The notes beneath the pieces were generated by a model. The model did not search any database. It had not been told where the DNA came from and saw only the letters and a program-made list of their open reading frames with translations. The position numbers were made by a program, and so were the translations under genes. A stretch of DNA of 63,743 bases, the filler included, from Lama guanicoe (taxonomy: Eukaryota): NCBI GenBank assembly GCA_013239625.1. It is 202 parts of 202 records of this genome, joined end to end, with 100 filler letters (N's around TTAATTAATTAA, not from the genome) between each part and the next. Parts side by side here need not be neighbours in the genome. Positions count along the whole stretch, not along the records: positions 60,992 to 61,208 come from PNXV01038873.1; positions 61,309 to 61,525 come from PNXV01038874.1; positions 61,626 to 61,842 come from PNXV01038875.1; positions 61,943 to 62,159 come from PNXV01038876.1; positions 62,260 to 62,476 come from PNXV01038877.1; positions 62,577 to 62,793 come from PNXV01038878.1; positions 62,894 to 63,110 come from PNXV01038879.1; positions 63,211 to 63,426 come from PNXV01038880.1; 194 more parts are not named here. One strand, 5' to 3'. Each line of letters opens with the position of its first letter. Position 1 is the stretch's first letter. Of this stretch, positions 61,104 through 63,743 are shown in pieces.

Positions 61104-62576
61104 GATGAGTGGTGTCGGGCAGCCGAGAGGAGCGAGGGAAGGGGTGACAAATGGGGACCCACGGGCCTGGGGGAGAGAGGGTGTGTCAGCAGGCTGGGCT
61201 GAGAAACCNNNNNNNNNNNNNNNNNNNNNNNNNNNNNNNNNNNNNNNNNNNNTTAATTAATTAANNNNNNNNNNNNNNNNNNNNNNNNNNNNNNNNNNNN
61301 NNNNNNNNTTAAATTTCTCTGCCACAGGCAACTGTCTCCTAGCTGATAGGACAATGTCCTCGTCACAGTCAGATTACAGTAGGCTTTCTCTTTACTGGGT
61401 CCCACCAAAATCAGGTGCCTAGGGCATATGTGATACACTGAGCAACCTCTCCATCCAGTCCACACAAAGAAGAGCAAGTTAGCATAATGTGGAAATCAGC
61501 TGGATCTGGGGGATCACAAAGGCCGNNNNNNNNNNNNNNNNNNNNNNNNNNNNNNNNNNNNNNNNNNNNTTAATTAATTAANNNNNNNNNNNNNNNNNNN
61601 NNNNNNNNNNNNNNNNNNNNNNNNNCGCGAGCCACAAGCCACTGGGGATGGTCAACCTGGCGGAGCCGATGCCTCAGGAAAGTACCTCCAAATCCCGATG
61701 GAGCTGGGGAAAGGGCCCAGTTCCTGTAAGTCCTCATCATTTCCTGTCCAGTGAGACGCAACCGGGAAACCCATTTCTGCCAGACTTCAGAGCGTTCATC
61801 AGGGGCACAGCTGGGTGGCCGCAGATCAGGGAGCTGAGGGGANNNNNNNNNNNNNNNNNNNNNNNNNNNNNNNNNNNNNNNNNNNNTTAATTAATTAANN
61901 NNNNNNNNNNNNNNNNNNNNNNNNNNNNNNNNNNNNNNNNNNAGAAAGTTCCTGCCCTTGGGCAGCAACAGAAGGATGGATAATAAACTAAAAGAAAAAG
62001 CAACAAAATATCTCCCGTGTGAGGACTGTAGTTCTTTTTACTTTGTCATTGATCACTTTCAACACTTTATAACTTGTTTTACAGTGAATGTACATTATAT
62101 CATATATGATACATTACCTGTACATCATAATCAGAATTAAAAAGCTATGTTTATTTTTTNNNNNNNNNNNNNNNNNNNNNNNNNNNNNNNNNNNNNNNNN
62201 NNNTTAATTAATTAANNNNNNNNNNNNNNNNNNNNNNNNNNNNNNNNNNNNNNNNNNNNTTAAGATAATAATTAGAATGATGACTGATAACATTATTCCA
62301 GGACTTAGTACATTTTTGGGAATTCCATATAAATTTTGGAATATGTATAATTAATGATATTTGTCCATATAATCTAACTGAAGTTTATCTCCAATGCTTC
62401 TGAAGTAACTTAACATATCAAACAAGTCTAATTAGTTCAGTATTCCTCTCCGAGATGTCTCAGGGTTCCTTTGAAGNNNNNNNNNNNNNNNNNNNNNNNN
62501 NNNNNNNNNNNNNNNNNNNNTTAATTAATTAANNNNNNNNNNNNNNNNNNNNNNNNNNNNNNNNNNNNNNNNNNNN

Positions 62577-62793
62577 TGGCCAAGAGCTGTGGGCGGTCTC
62601 CCTCTGAACAGAGGGCAGCCCAAGCAAGAAACAGAAGCCTCGTTCCTGAAACTATAAGGAAGCGATCCTTCCAGCAATCTGAGGGGTCCTGGAAGGAGCT
62701 GTCCCTCCACTTGAGCCCCTGGTAGGACCACGACCTTGGAGTTTAGCCTGTGAGCCAAAGACTCAGAAAAGCCAAGCCAGCACCTCCGACTTA
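62577..62793 (+). mobile_element. MaLR LTR fragment (MLT1-like)
   Basis: tggccaagagctgtgggcggtctc...caagcaagaaacagaagcctcgttcct..aactataaggaa..gatccttccagcaatctgag...accttggagtttagcctgtgag. Confidence 0.65.
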
Positions 62794-63210
62794 NNNNNNN
62801 NNNNNNNNNNNNNNNNNNNNNNNNNNNNNNNNNNNNNTTAATTAATTAANNNNNNNNNNNNNNNNNNNNNNNNNNNNNNNNNNNNNNNNNNNNCTTACTA
62901 CATTTTATTACATAATACAATGTAAGTGTCTGACTCAACAGAAACACCCGAAAGTGTTGATTCAAGAATATGTGGGAGCACATGTATTTGTTCTTAAGAA
63001 TATGTCAAAGTGGCCATGATGGAATTCTGAGTGTTCAGTGATCAGTAAGACAGATAAGCCCGCACTCACTAAAGCACAACACACAGATCAGTTTAGTGGG
63101 AGTGTGTGCTNNNNNNNNNNNNNNNNNNNNNNNNNNNNNNNNNNNNNNNNNNNNTTAATTAATTAANNNNNNNNNNNNNNNNNNNNNNNNNNNNNNNNNN
63201 NNNNNNNNNN

Positions 63211-63426
63211 GCAAGAGAGAGAAATAAAAGGGATCCAAATTGGAAAAGAAGTGGTAAAAATGTCACTATATGCCAATGACATGTTACTATATGTAGAAAA
63301 TCCTAAAAAAGTTCCACAAAAAGTGCTAGAGCAGATACAGAAATTCAGCAAGGTAGCGAGTTACAAGACTAACATTGAAAAATCAGTTGCATTTCTTTAC
63401 ACTAATGAGGAATCAACAGAAAAAGA
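63211..63426 (+). mobile_element. LINE-1 ORF2 RT catalytic region with YADD changed to YAND
   Basis: [32 protein letters not shown]...[21 protein letters not shown]. Confidence 0.95.
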
Positions 63427-63743
63427 NNNNNNNNNNNNNNNNNNNNNNNNNNNNNNNNNNNNNNNNNNNNTTAATTAATTAANNNNNNNNNNNNNNNNNN
63501 NNNNNNNNNNNNNNNNNNNNNNNNNNCTTGGCCAGTGAGCACGGAGAAAAAGCTGGTCTCCTTTAGCAAAGCCAAGGGTGGTGGGGATGATGTCCCCATG
63601 TGCAGTGACGGTTCAGAGGCAACCTTCCCCGAGGCACATCAGGTGGCGACAAGTGTCAGGATGTGGTGACAGGGGAACCCTGGGGTCCTCACTATATATC
63701 CCAAGCTGCCCTGGGTCTTACTGGGCCTCCTTCTGCCAGAGCA

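Larger units (their letters stand above)
217..63526. other. Array of 201 synthetic 100-bp contig-joining spacers (N44-TTAATTAATTAA-N44) separating ~202 short unplaced contigs
   Basis: First spacer: N 217-260, TTAATTAATTAA 261-272, N 273-316. The same unit recurs about every 316-317 bp up to the last copy at 63427-63526. The 12-mer is palindromic with TAA in all three frames, so it stops all six frames. Flanking contigs are unrelated to each other. Confidence 0.99.

Noticed and set aside
577..63478. Most ORF-track entries, including the shared C-terminal LIN or N motif
   Set aside because: They reach the length threshold by reading through N runs into the linker, and many use GTG or TTG starts inappropriate for a mammal.
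217..63526. CRISPR-like or novel repeat-spacer array (constant palindromic repeat with unique equal-length spacers)
   Set aside because: The repeat is a 12-mer embedded in N padding, the spacers are ~216-bp mammalian genomic fragments, and there are no cas genes. It is an assembly linker.

Overview
This window is not contiguous genome. It is an artificial pseudo-scaffold of about 202 unrelated short mammalian contigs (mostly 216 bp, stepping to 217 bp from 58458) joined by 201 identical 100-bp synthetic spacers: 44 N + TTAATTAATTAA + 44 N, a palindrome with stop codons in all six frames. About a third of the window is therefore spacer, neighbouring fragments carry no linkage information, and most of the ORF track (X runs ending LIN or N) is artefact. 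Two Vic-1-like tRNA-derived SINEs suggest a camelid source. Real content is mostly eutherian repeats (many LINE-1 pieces, MLT1/MLT2/MER21/ERV1 LTRs, MIR, MER44), three diverged copies of a circularly permuted ~247-bp satellite-like monomer, two minisatellites, two CpG-island promoter pieces and one near-duplicate contig pair. It also holds isolated gene fragments, mostly from multi-copy families: an IGLV leader exon, a SIRP Ig-C1 exon, a CLEC2D-like transmembrane exon, an olfactory receptor, a MAGEA start, a frameshifted ANKRD26-like exon, a PTMA 3' UTR and a decayed ERV env. I find no support for a novel multi-gene biological system; the striking regular array is an assembly artefact. Family assignments come from recall of known sequences, not from database searches.
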